Positions 33,662 to 42,313 of a DNA stretch of 55,493 bases are shown piece after piece. Under the pieces are notes generated by a model. That model was not told where the DNA came from and did not search any database. It saw only the letters and a program-made list of their open reading frames with translations. The position numbers and the translations under genes are program-made. Source of the DNA: a virus (taxonomy: Duplodnaviria; Heunggongvirae; Uroviricota; Caudoviricetes); IMG/VR virus record IMGVR_UViG_2663763400_000006; one strand, written 5' to 3'. Within the stretch, counting starts at the first letter, position 1, and the number at the start of each line of letters is the position of its first letter.

Positions 33662-33904
33662 ATGCACACATCAGGAAAACTGAACAAACATATAAAGCCA
33701 CATTACCGCGCCCTTGATATGGCTGAACACTGGCTAAGGGTGGCGATTAAGGCAATAGACCGCAACGCCGGGGAAGGATACGCGAAAGCACATCCCGAAC
33801 TGATAAGCGCATTCATGACAACGGCGGCTGCAAACTTTGCCACGCTGACCGAACGGGAGATTGCCGAAGCGGAGGAAGTGACAACCATCAATATTAAGTC
33901 CTGA
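33662..33904 (+). CDS. Hypothetical protein
   Basis: 80-aa ORF between the origin and ssb. Confidence 0.3.
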   Translation: MHTSGKLNKHIKPHYRALDMAEHWLRVAIKAIDRNAGEGYAKAHPELISAFMTTAAANFATLTEREIAEAEEVTTINIKS

Positions 33905-33915
33905 GAGCAGGCAGC

Positions 33916-34365
33916 ATGACGGCGCAAATAGCAGCTTACGGGCGGCTGGTGGACGACCCACAGGTAAAACATACCAGCAAGGGAACACCCATGACACTGG
34001 CACGGATGGCGGTATCTTTGCCATGCAGCCAGGCAGATGACGGAACGGCGACGATGTGGTTATCTGTGCTGGCGTTTGGCAGACAAGCCGACGCGCTGGC
34101 AAAGCATCACAAAGGCGAACTCCTGAGCGTGGCGGGTAATATGCAGGTGAGCCAGTGGAGCGGACAGAACGGGGAAACGCGGCAGGGCTGGCAGGTTATC
34201 GCAGACAGCGTAATCAGTGCCAGAACGGTGCGACCGGGCGGCAAAAAAGGTCAACAGGGGCAGGCTACTGATGCACTGAACAGAGCAAAACAACAGGCAG
34301 ATCAGCAAGGAAGCCATCCACCAGTGGGAGATAATGAGCAATGGGGAGATGATATTCCGTTTTAA
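33916..34365 (+). CDS. ssb: Single-stranded DNA-binding protein
   Basis: OB-fold-like N-terminal domain and Gly/Gln-rich tail ending in the acidic motif DDIPF. Confidence 0.7.
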   Translation: MTAQIAAYGRLVDDPQVKHTSKGTPMTLARMAVSLPCSQADDGTATMWLSVLAFGRQADALAKHHKGELLSVAGNMQVSQWSGQNGETRQGWQVIADSVISARTVRPGGKKGQQGQATDALNRAKQQADQQGSHPPVGDNEQWGDDIPF

Positions 34366-34575
34366 ATATTGCCAATAAAAAAGGCCGGAAAAAATATATT
34401 TTCCGGCATGCTACATAAATCCCGACCAAAGGGAGTGAAGATATTAACACTAATTATCCGCGCTGAAGTTGTCATCCCAAAACTTTATACAACATTGCAC
34501 TCGGTTGCATGTGTTAGCATGACAAATATCGGTGATAGCATATATCCACAATTATTTTTAATGAATGTAAAGAGG

Positions 34576-35622
34576 ATGAGTATGGTTGATTTATATTCGC
34601 CTGCCCAGCTTGTGCAGGTGGCTAATGCAGAAGAGGTGCAAAAAAAATTAAATGCATTGTTTACCAGTTTGTTTTTCACTCGCTCGGTAATGTTTGAATC
34701 AAGAGACATTATTCTTGATACAATCGACGATCCAAATATCCCAATTGCAGCGTTTTGTTCTCCTATGGTGGGTAGTAAAGTTTCACGTGACGAAGGGTAC
34801 GAATCAAAGACAATTCGTCCAGGCTATATGAAGCCGAAAAGCAGCATTGATCCAAATAAGTTAGCTGTGCGCCCTGCTGGTGTATCACCTGAGCAATACA
34901 ATGCTTTTGGAGCGCGTAATATTAAAGTTAAACAGGCGATTGTAAATCAGGCTAAAGCTATTCGTGCACGTATTGAATGGCTTGCCGTTCAGGCAATCAC
35001 AACGGGGAAAAATATCATTGAGGGCGATGGCATTGAACGCTATGAACTGGACTGGAATATAAAACCACAAAATATTATCACGCAGTCCGGCGGTGCTGAG
35101 TGGTCAGGTAAGGATAAAGAAACTTTTGATCCAAATGATGATATTGAGAGCTACGCAGAATTTAGTGAGGGCGTCACTAATATCATCATTATGGGCGGTA
35201 ATGTATGGAAGAAATACCGTTCATTCAGAGCGATAAAAGAGGCTCTGGATACCCGTCGTGGTTCTAATTCCGAACTGGAAACGGCCCTTAAAGACCTTGG
35301 TGATTCGGTGAGTTTTAAAGGGTATATGGGCGATGTTGCGATTGTTGTATACAGCGGGCGTTATACCGACGAGGACGGAACTGAAAAACATTTCCTTGAT
35401 CCTGATTTGATGGTGCTTGGCAATACGGCTCTTCAGGGGATTGTCGCCTATGGCGGTATTCAGGATCCGGAGCTAATCCGAATGGGGCTGACTAAAGCCG
35501 AACTTGCACCGAAAAACTATATTGTGCCTGGTGATCCGGCTATTGAATATGTGCAGACACATTCAGCACCACAGCCAATACCGGCCCGCATCAATCGTTT
35601 TGTTACCGTTCGCATTGGCTAA
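34576..35622 (+). CDS. Island-encoded major capsid protein homologue (divergent gpE)
   Basis: TQSGGAEWSGKDKETFDPNDDIESYAEF...RSFRAIKEALDTRRGSNSELETALKDLG...YMGDVAIVVYSG aligns with lambda E (TQSGGTEWSKRDKSTYDPTDDIEAYAL...FRSFKAVKEKLDTRRGS.SELETAVKDLG...GDVAIVVYSG); ATG 34576 with AAGAGG Shine-Dalgarno. Confidence 0.8.
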   Translation: MSMVDLYSPAQLVQVANAEEVQKKLNALFTSLFFTRSVMFESRDIILDTIDDPNIPIAAFCSPMVGSKVSRDEGYESKTIRPGYMKPKSSIDPNKLAVRPAGVSPEQYNAFGARNIKVKQAIVNQAKAIRARIEWLAVQAITTGKNIIEGDGIERYELDWNIKPQNIITQSGGAEWSGKDKETFDPNDDIESYAEFSEGVTNIIIMGGNVWKKYRSFRAIKEALDTRRGSNSELETALKDLGDSVSFKGYMGDVAIVVYSGRYTDEDGTEKHFLDPDLMVLGNTALQGIVAYGGIQDPELIRMGLTKAELAPKNYIVPGDPAIEYVQTHSAPQPIPARINRFVTVRIG

Positions 35623-35631
35623 GGGGGAGCA

Positions 35632-35973
35632 ATGGCTACTCATTACACTGAACTCATGGCTGGCACTGAAGCACTGGTGACTACGCTGGGGATATTTTCA
35701 GCTAATAAAGGGGTAATTCCTGCATTTACGCCACTGATGCAGGAAGATGCAACAGGTGCACTGGTGGTATGGGATGGTTCGAGCGTAGGTAAAGCGGTTT
35801 ATGTTTCCGCTGTACAAATCGACACCGCGAAAAAAACACAGGCTCAGGTCTATAAGACAGGTGTCTTAAATGTTGATGCTCTGAACTGGCCTGAGTCTGT
35901 AAAAGAACTGTCAGTAAAGATTGCAGCGTTTGTTGGCTCAGGTATTTCTGTTCAGCCGCTGGCTCGTGTGTAA
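35632..35973 (+). CDS. Island-encoded decoration protein homologue (gpD-like)
   Basis: FTPLMQEDATGALVVWDGSSVGKAV and VYKTGVLNVDALNWPE align with lambda D ([41 protein letters not shown]). Confidence 0.65.
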   Translation: MATHYTELMAGTEALVTTLGIFSANKGVIPAFTPLMQEDATGALVVWDGSSVGKAVYVSAVQIDTAKKTQAQVYKTGVLNVDALNWPESVKELSVKIAAFVGSGISVQPLARV

Positions 35974-35984
35974 AGGGGGATACA

Positions 35985-36368
35985 ATGCAGAATCATTACA
36001 ATGACCTTAAGCCAATTGCCGAAATGATGTATCCGGATCCAGCAGTAGAGGAATTAAAGGCTATTGCTGACAAAATGCGTTTAAGCGAGCGTCTTGTTGA
36101 TATGAATCAGGTGATGGAACTTACAACCCTGAGTCGTCGTACACTGCTAAACCTTGAAGCACGTGGAGAGTTCCCCGAACGCGTGCAGGTTACGGAAGGG
36201 CGTAAGGCCTGGTATTTAAGCGAAGTGATCGACTGGATAAACAATATTCCGCGCGCTTCTGAATATTGCCGCGTACCTGTCCCAAAAAAGCCAGATGCGG
36301 CGCTATGCCTCAAGATTGAGCGTGTACGCCGCAATGCGCGGGATGGTCGCTATAAGCTGATTGGTTGA
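35985..36368 (+). CDS. AlpA-like HTH protein (second copy in the island)
   Basis: LTTLSRRTLLNLEARGEFPERVQVTEGRKAWYLSEVIDWI resembles the AlpA-family HTH signature. Confidence 0.45.
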   Translation: MQNHYNDLKPIAEMMYPDPAVEELKAIADKMRLSERLVDMNQVMELTTLSRRTLLNLEARGEFPERVQVTEGRKAWYLSEVIDWINNIPRASEYCRVPVPKKPDAALCLKIERVRRNARDGRYKLIG

Positions 36369-36379
36369 TGAAATTAGGG

Positions 36380-36470
36380 CCCGTTCTGGCTGGCGGGTCC
36401 TTTCCGGCGATCCAGAACGTTACGGGGCGGCGACCTCGCGGGTTTTCGCTATTTATGAGCATTTTTAGGG
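36380..36470. other. Second cos site (island), cosN conserved with the prophage cos
   Basis: gggtcctttccggcgatccagaacgttacggggcggcgacctcgcgggttttcgctatttatga is nearly identical to 20840-20910; downstream (cosB) sequence differs. Confidence 0.75.
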
Positions 36471-36584
36471 GACTGGTGGTGGTTTTGTTGTTCGCTATAT
36501 CTGTATGAATAATAAGAGAAAAACACAATCAACACACCAACCTGAAACAGTAATTAAGTTGTGGTATCAATGAAATTGCACCTG

Positions 36585-37112
36585 ATGAACAAAAAAAACA
36601 TGGCAAAAAGTTGCCGTGTAAGCGCCACTGCGTTCGATAAGTGGGGAGTGATTCCCGTCGAGCGTAAGGGCCGCGAGGCGTTTTATGATGTCGCCAGTGT
36701 AATAGATAATCGGGTTAACAATGCAATCAGCCAGATTACAAACGAAACGGGCGAGATTGATGATGATGAACTCCTACGAGTCAGGATCAGATTGCTGACA
36801 GCACAGGCAGAGGCGCAGGAGCTTAAAAACGAGCGCGAACGCGGCGACGTTATTGATACAGCGTTTTGTATATACGTGCTTTCAAAACTGGCGAGTCAGA
36901 TTTCTTCAATCATGGACAGCCTGCCGCTTGCCATGACAAGGAAGTTTCCCGACATGAAGCCGTCTATGCTGGATGGACTGAAAAAAGAAGTTATCAGAGC
37001 CTGTAACGCATGCGCAAAACTTGACGAAAACATACCGCTGATGCTGTCCGATTATCTGATGGAAACTGCCGGAAACGTACCGGATAAGTTGCAGCTGAAT
37101 AAAGATAAGTAA
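36585..37112 (+). CDS. Island small terminase homologue (Nu1-like)
   Basis: LLTAQAEAQELKNERERGDVIDTAFCIYVLSKLASQISSIMDSLPLAMTRKFPDMK aligns with prophage Nu1 LTRAQADAQELKNARDSAEVVETAFCTFVLSRIAGEIASILDGIPLSVQRRFPELE; start taken at MNKKNMAK. Confidence 0.75.
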   Translation: MNKKNMAKSCRVSATAFDKWGVIPVERKGREAFYDVASVIDNRVNNAISQITNETGEIDDDELLRVRIRLLTAQAEAQELKNERERGDVIDTAFCIYVLSKLASQISSIMDSLPLAMTRKFPDMKPSMLDGLKKEVIRACNACAKLDENIPLMLSDYLMETAGNVPDKLQLNKDK

Positions 37113-37123
37113 CGTAGTACGCT

Positions 37124-37405
37124 ATGACTGAATCCGAAATACTGCGATTAATCCGCCGTGCTTGTGGAATCAGCAAGCAGCATGACGAACAGGCCACGCA
37201 GCCGGACAGCGTGATCGCCGAAAATTACGCGCGTGTTGTTGCTGATGTGATGCGCCGTGATGGTATTGAGCTTAACGGCGTGGATATGCGCGACATACGG
37301 ATCAGATTCCTTGAGTTGCTGGCATACCGTCGCCGTTCTCAACAACGAAGGGAGAGCGCGAAAAACACTTATCAGTGGAAGAAGCCGGAACGGTTGCGGC
37401 GGTAG
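37124..37405 (+). CDS. Hypothetical protein
   Basis: 93-aa basic ORF following the terS-like gene. Confidence 0.3.
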   Translation: MTESEILRLIRRACGISKQHDEQATQPDSVIAENYARVVADVMRRDGIELNGVDMRDIRIRFLELLAYRRRSQQRRESAKNTYQWKKPERLRR

Positions 37406-38141
37406 ATTCCTGATATTCAGGAAAACCACGAATCCGGGGGTTTTACTGGCGCGGTGTACACGGTGGAACGTATAGCGTTACCTGACTTATTGCATTGTAA
37501 AAAGTTGAAAGGCACGGCCTGTAAGATGGGATGTGGTGAGTAGTTTAAAGCTACCCGCAAATTCTTTCGTTGTGCTGGCACAGGCGGTTAAACCGTCGGT
37601 AACTGGATAATCCCCACTGGGGGAAAAGCTGGCTACATCCCTCACATCTGAGGACTGATAACGCAAAATTGCGTTGGCTGGCAGAGTGCAAATTTGCACG
37701 ATGGCCTAACCCATTGATTCTTTCGAAAACCCCCATTGGGGGAGAACGGGGGAATAAACCTGACTCATTGATTTTTCCACAATCCTTAATTTGAGGAAGC
37801 TGGATAGTTGCACTACCCAAAAAGTGCAGTACCCACATAGCTGCTTAATAGCGTTTATTTTTTCCGCACACCTCAAATCTGAGAAGGCCGGAATGATGAC
37901 ATGGCAGGATTATGATTCCTTGATTTCAAGGAGTCCTCCAGTGTGAAAATGAAATTATCTGGGCTGGTGGGTGAGTTGCTGATCTGCAACTCGGCTATGA
38001 AACTTAATAATCGAACAGCATGTAAATTCATTTCTGTGTATTGCAGCATGTATTGCAACATAGTCATTCTGGTAGAGATTATGCTCTATTTTTCCTCTTA
38101 TATCATTCACATACTTACGTCATTGACTCATGTAGCCGAAG

Positions 38142-38924
38142 CATGAGGTGAATCCGCAGATGACCCTGCGTCGCCTGCCGGATGAAGATCCGCAGAATCT
38201 GGCGGACCCGGCTTACCGCCGCCGTCGCATCATTATGCAGAACATGCGTGACGAAGAGCTGGCCATTGCCCAGGTCGAAGAGATGCAGGCAGTTTCTGCC
38301 GTGCTTAAGGGCAAATACACCATGACCGGTGAAGCTTTCGATCCGGTTGAGGTGGATATGGGCCGCAGTGCGGCCAACAACATCACGCAGTCCGGCGGCA
38401 CGGAGTGGAGCAAGCGTGACAAGTCCACGTATGACCCGACCGACGATATCGAAGCCTACGCGCTGAACGCCAGCGGAGTGGTGAATATCATCGTGTTTGA
38501 TCCGAAAGGCTGGGCGCTGTTCCGTTCCTTCAAAGCCGTCAAGGAGAAGCTGGATACTCGTCGCGGCTCTCATTCCGAGCTGGAGACAGCGGTGAAAGAC
38601 CTGGGCAAAGCGGTGTCCTACAAGGGGATGTATGGCGATGTGGCCATCGTCGTGTATTCCGGACAGTACGTGGAAAACGGCGTCAAAAAGAACTTCCTGC
38701 CGGACAACACGATGGTGCTGGGGAACACTCAGGCACGCGGTCTGCGCACCTATGGCTGCATTCAGGATGCGGACGCACAGCGCGAAGGCATTAACGCCTC
38801 TGCCCGTTACCCGAAAAACTGGGTGACCACCGGCGATCCGGCGCGTGAGTTCACCATGATTCAGTCAGCACCGCTGATGCTGCTGGCTGATCCTGATGAG
38901 TTCGTGTCTGTACAACTGGCGTAA
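38142..38924 (+). pseudogene. E: Major capsid protein E, 3' fragment
   Basis: HEVNPQMTLRRLPDEDPQNLADPAYRRRRIIMQNMRDEE... to the lambda E C-terminus; continues the 5' fragment exactly once the insert is removed. Confidence 0.85.
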
Positions 38925-38965
38925 TCATGGCCCTTCGGGGCCATTTTCTCTCTGTGGAGGAGTTC

Positions 38966-39364
38966 ATGACGAAAGATGAACTGATTGCCCGTCTTCAGGA
39001 GCTGGGTGAGCAACTGAACCGCGATGTCAGTTTGACGGGAACGAAAGAAGAACTGGCGCTTCGTGTGGCAGAGCTGGAAGAAGAGCTTGATGACACGGAT
39101 GAAACTGCCGGTCAGGACACCCCTCTCAGCCGGGAAAATGTGCTGACCGGGCATGAAAATGAGGTGGTATCAGCGCAGCCGGATACCGTGATTCAGGATA
39201 CGGCTGAACTGGTCACGGTTGTGGCACTGGTGACGCTGCATACTGATGCACTTCACGCCACGCGGGATGAACCTGTGGCATTTGTGCTGCCGGGAACGGC
39301 GTTCCGTGTCTCTGCCGGTGTGGCAGCTGAAATGACAGAGCGCGGCCTGGCCAGAATGCAATAA
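38966..39364 (+). CDS. FI: DNA packaging protein FI
   Basis: MTKDELIARLQELGEQLNRDVSLTGTKEELALRVAELEEELDDTDE... matches lambda FI as recalled. Confidence 0.85.
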   Translation: MTKDELIARLQELGEQLNRDVSLTGTKEELALRVAELEEELDDTDETAGQDTPLSRENVLTGHENEVVSAQPDTVIQDTAELVTVVALVTLHTDALHATRDEPVAFVLPGTAFRVSAGVAAEMTERGLARMQ

Positions 39365-39375
39365 CGGGAGGCGCT

Positions 39376-39729
39376 GTGGCTGATTTCGATAACCTGTTCG
39401 ATGCTGCCATTGCCCGCGCCGATGAAACGATACGCGGGTACATGGGAACGTCAGCCACCATGACATCCGGTGAGCAGTCCGGTGCTGTGATACGTGGTGT
39501 TTTTGATGACCCTGAAAATATCAGCTATGCCGGACAGGGCGTGCGCGTTGAAGGCTCCAGCCCGTCCCTGTTTGTCCGGACTGATGATGTGCGGCAGCTG
39601 CGGCGCGGCGACACGCTGACCATCGGTGAGGAAAACTTCTGGATAGACCGGATTTCGCCGGATGATGGCGGAAGCTGTCATCTCTGGCTTGGGCGGGGCG
39701 TACCGCCTGCCGTTAACCGTCGCCGCTGA
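39376..39729 (+). CDS. FII: Head-tail connector FII
   Basis: 117 aa, matches lambda FII as recalled. Confidence 0.9.
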   Translation: MADFDNLFDAAIARADETIRGYMGTSATMTSGEQSGAVIRGVFDDPENISYAGQGVRVEGSSPSLFVRTDDVRQLRRGDTLTIGEENFWIDRISPDDGGSCHLWLGRGVPPAVNRRR

Positions 39730-39740
39730 AAGGGGGATGT

Positions 39741-40319
39741 ATGGCCATAAAAGGTCTTGAGCAGGCCGTTGAAAACCTCAGCCGTATCAGCAGAACGGCG
39801 GTGCCCGGTGCCGCCGCAATGGCCATTAACCGCGTTGCTTCATCCGCGATATCGCAGTCGGCGTCACAGGTTGCCCGTGAGACAAAGGTACGCCGGAAAC
39901 TGGTAAAGGAAAGGGCCAGGCTGAAAAGGGCCACGGTCAAAAATCCGCAGGCCAGAATCAAGGTTAACCGGGGGGATTTGCCCGTAATCAGGCTGGGTAA
40001 CGCGCGGGTTGTCCTGTCCCGACGCAGGCGTCGTAAAAAGGGGCAGCGTTCATCCCTGAAAGGTGGCGGCAGCGTGCTTGTGGTGGGAAACCGTCGTATT
40101 CCCGGCGCGTTTATTCAGCAACTGAAAAATGGCCGGTGGCATGTCATGCAGCGTGTGGCCGGGAAAAACCGTTACCCCATTGATGTGGTGAAAATCCCGA
40201 TGGCGGTGCCGCTGACCACGGCGTTTAAACAGAATATTGAGCGGATACGGCGTGAGCGTCTTCCGAAAGAGCTGGGCTATGCGCTGCAGCATCAACTGAG
40301 AATGGTAATAAAGCGATGA
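39741..40319 (+). CDS. Z: Tail completion protein Z
   Basis: 192 aa, matches lambda Z as recalled. Confidence 0.9.
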   Translation: MAIKGLEQAVENLSRISRTAVPGAAAMAINRVASSAISQSASQVARETKVRRKLVKERARLKRATVKNPQARIKVNRGDLPVIRLGNARVVLSRRRRRKKGQRSSLKGGGSVLVVGNRRIPGAFIQQLKNGRWHVMQRVAGKNRYPIDVVKIPMAVPLTTAFKQNIERIRRERLPKELGYALQHQLRMVIKR

Positions 40320-40711
40320 AACATACTGAACTCCGTGCAGCCGTACTGGATGCACTGGAGAAGCATGACACCGGGGCGACGCTTTTTGATGGTCGCCCTG
40401 CTGTTTTTGATGAGGAAGATTTTCCGGCAATTGCCGTTTATCTCACCGGCGCTGAATACACGGGCGAAGAGCTGGACAGCGATACCTGGCAGGCGGAGCT
40501 GCATATTGAAGTTTTCCTGCCTGCTCAGGTGCCGGATTCAGAGCTGGATTCGTGGATGGAGTCCCGGATTTATCCGGTGATGAGCGATATCCCGGCACTG
40601 TCAGATTTGATCACCAGTATGGTGGCCAGTGGCTATGACTACCGGCGCGACGATGATGCGGGCCTGTGGAGTTCAGCCGATCTGACTTATGTCATTACCT
40701 ATGAAATGTGA
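40316..40711 (+). CDS. U: Tail terminator U
   Basis: 131 aa, matches lambda U as recalled. Confidence 0.9.
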   Translation: MKHTELRAAVLDALEKHDTGATLFDGRPAVFDEEDFPAIAVYLTGAEYTGEELDSDTWQAELHIEVFLPAQVPDSELDSWMESRIYPVMSDIPALSDLITSMVASGYDYRRDDDAGLWSSADLTYVITYEM

Positions 40712-40718
40712 GGACGAT

Positions 40719-41459
40719 ATGCCAACACCAAATCCTCTGGCACCGGTGAAAGGGGCCGGGACCACACTGTGGGTTTATAACGGGAGCGGCGACCCTTATG
40801 CAAACCCGCTTTCAGACAATGACTGGTCGCGTCTGGCAAAGGTTAAAGACCTGACGCCCGGCGAACTGACCGCTGAGTCCTATGACGACAGTTATCTCGA
40901 TGATGAAGATGCGGACTGGACCGCGACCGGGCAGGGGCAGAAATCCGCCGGAGATACCAGCTTCACGCTGGCGTGGATGCCCGGAGAGCAGGGGCAGCAG
41001 GCGCTGCTGGCGTGGTTTAATGAAGGTGATACCCGTGCCTATAAAATCCGCTTCCCGAACGGCACGGTCGATGTGTTCCGTGGCTGGGTCAGCAGTATCG
41101 GTAAGGCGGTGACGGCGAAGGAAGTGATCACCCGTACGGTGAAGGTCACCAATGTGGGCCGTCCGTCAATGGCAGAAGATCGCAGTACGGTGACGGCGGC
41201 AACCGGTATGACCGTGACGCCTGCCAGCTCCTCGGTGGTGAAAGGGCAGAGCACCACGCTGACCGTGGCCTTCCAGCCGGAGGGCGCAACTGACAAGAGC
41301 TTCCGTGCGGTGTCAGCGGATAAAACAAAAGCCACCGTGTCGGTCAGTGGTATGACCATCACCGTGAACGGCGTTGCTGCAGGCAAGGTCAACATTCCGG
41401 TTGTATCCGGTAATGGTGAACTTGCTGCGGTTGCAGAAATCACTGTCACCGACAGTTAA
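40719..41459 (+). CDS. V: Major tail tube protein V
   Basis: [45 protein letters not shown]... matches lambda V as recalled. Confidence 0.9.
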   Translation: MPTPNPLAPVKGAGTTLWVYNGSGDPYANPLSDNDWSRLAKVKDLTPGELTAESYDDSYLDDEDADWTATGQGQKSAGDTSFTLAWMPGEQGQQALLAWFNEGDTRAYKIRFPNGTVDVFRGWVSSIGKAVTAKEVITRTVKVTNVGRPSMAEDRSTVTAATGMTVTPASSSVVKGQSTTLTVAFQPEGATDKSFRAVSADKTKATVSVSGMTITVNGVAAGKVNIPVVSGNGELAAVAEITVTDS

Positions 41460-41474
41460 TCCGGAGAGTCAGCG

Positions 41475-41897
41475 ATGTTCCTGAAAACCGAATCATTTGA
41501 ACATAACGGCGTGACCGTCACGCTTTCTGAACTGTCAGCCCTGCAGCGTATTGAGCATCTCGCCCTGATGAAACAGCAGGCAGAACAGGCGGAGTCAGAC
41601 AGCAACCGGCAGGTTACTGTGGAAGACGCCATCAGAACCGGTGCTTTTGTGGTGGCGATGTCCCTGTGGCATAACCATCCGCAGAAGACAAAGCAGCCTT
41701 CCATGAATGAAGCCGTTAAACAGATTGAGCAGGAAGTGCTTACCACCTGGCCCGCGGAGGCAATTTCTCATGCTGAAAACGTGGTGTACCGGCTGTCCGG
41801 TATGTATGGGTTTGTGGTGAATGATGCCCCTGACCAGGCAGAGGACTCCGGGCCTGCAGAGCCTGTTTCTGCGGGAAAGCGTTCGACGGTGAGCTGA
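41475..41897 (+). CDS. G: Tail assembly chaperone G
   Basis: 140 aa, matches lambda G as recalled. Confidence 0.9.
   Translation: MFLKTESFEHNGVTVTLSELSALQRIEHLALMKQQAEQAESDSNRQVTVEDAIRTGAFVVAMSLWHNHPQKTKQPSMNEAVKQIEQEVLTTWPAEAISHAENVVYRLSGMYGFVVNDAPDQAEDSGPAEPVSAGKRSTVS
41883..41889 (+). promoter_or_regulatory. Programmed -1 frameshift slippery site for G-T
   Basis: GGGAAAG heptamer near the 3' end of G, followed by the -1 frame T ORF. Confidence 0.7.
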
Positions 41898-41923
41898 GTT
41901 TTGCCCTGAAACTGGCGCGTGAG

Positions 41924-42313
41924 ATGGGGCGACCCGACTGGCGTGCCATGCTTGCCGGGATGTCATCCACGGAGTATGCCGACTGGCACCGCTTTTACAG
42001 TACCCATTATTTTCATGATGTTCTGCTGGATATGCACTTTTCCGGGCTGACGTACACCGTGCTCAGCCTGTTTTTCAGCGATCCGGATATGCATCCGCTG
42101 GATTTCAGTCTGCTGAACCGGCGCGAGGCTGACGAAGAGCCTGAAGATGATGTGCTGATGCAGAAAGCGGCAGGGCTTGCCGGAGGTGTCCGCTTTGGCC
42201 CGGACGGGAATGAAGTTATCCCTACTTCCCCGGATGTGGCGGACATGACGGAGGATGACGTAATGCTGATGACAGTATCAGAAGGGATCGCAGGAGGAGT
42301 CCGGTATGGCTGA
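41924..42313 (+). CDS. T: Tail assembly protein T (made as G-T fusion by -1 frameshift)
   Basis: ORF in the -1 frame relative to G, ending just inside H; lambda gpGT architecture. Confidence 0.8.
   Translation: MGRPDWRAMLAGMSSTEYADWHRFYSTHYFHDVLLDMHFSGLTYTVLSLFFSDPDMHPLDFSLLNRREADEEPEDDVLMQKAAGLAGGVRFGPDGNEVIPTSPDVADMTEDDVMLMTVSEGIAGGVRYG

Larger units (their letters stand above)
27246..38143. mobile_element. About 10.9 kb integrative satellite-like (PICI/P4-like) element inserted in gene E
   Basis: Bounded by 10-bp direct repeats AGCCGAAGCA (about 27246-27255 and 38134-38143); integrase at the left end reading inward; carries alpA, primase-helicase, iterons, ssb, capsid homologues, cos and terS-like genes. 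Confidence 0.8.

Noticed and set aside
37440-38130. A tRNA gene at the island right end (P4-type integrases often target tRNA 3' ends)
   Set aside because: No cloverleaf-compatible sequence or T-loop motif found; the repeat core lies inside gene E.
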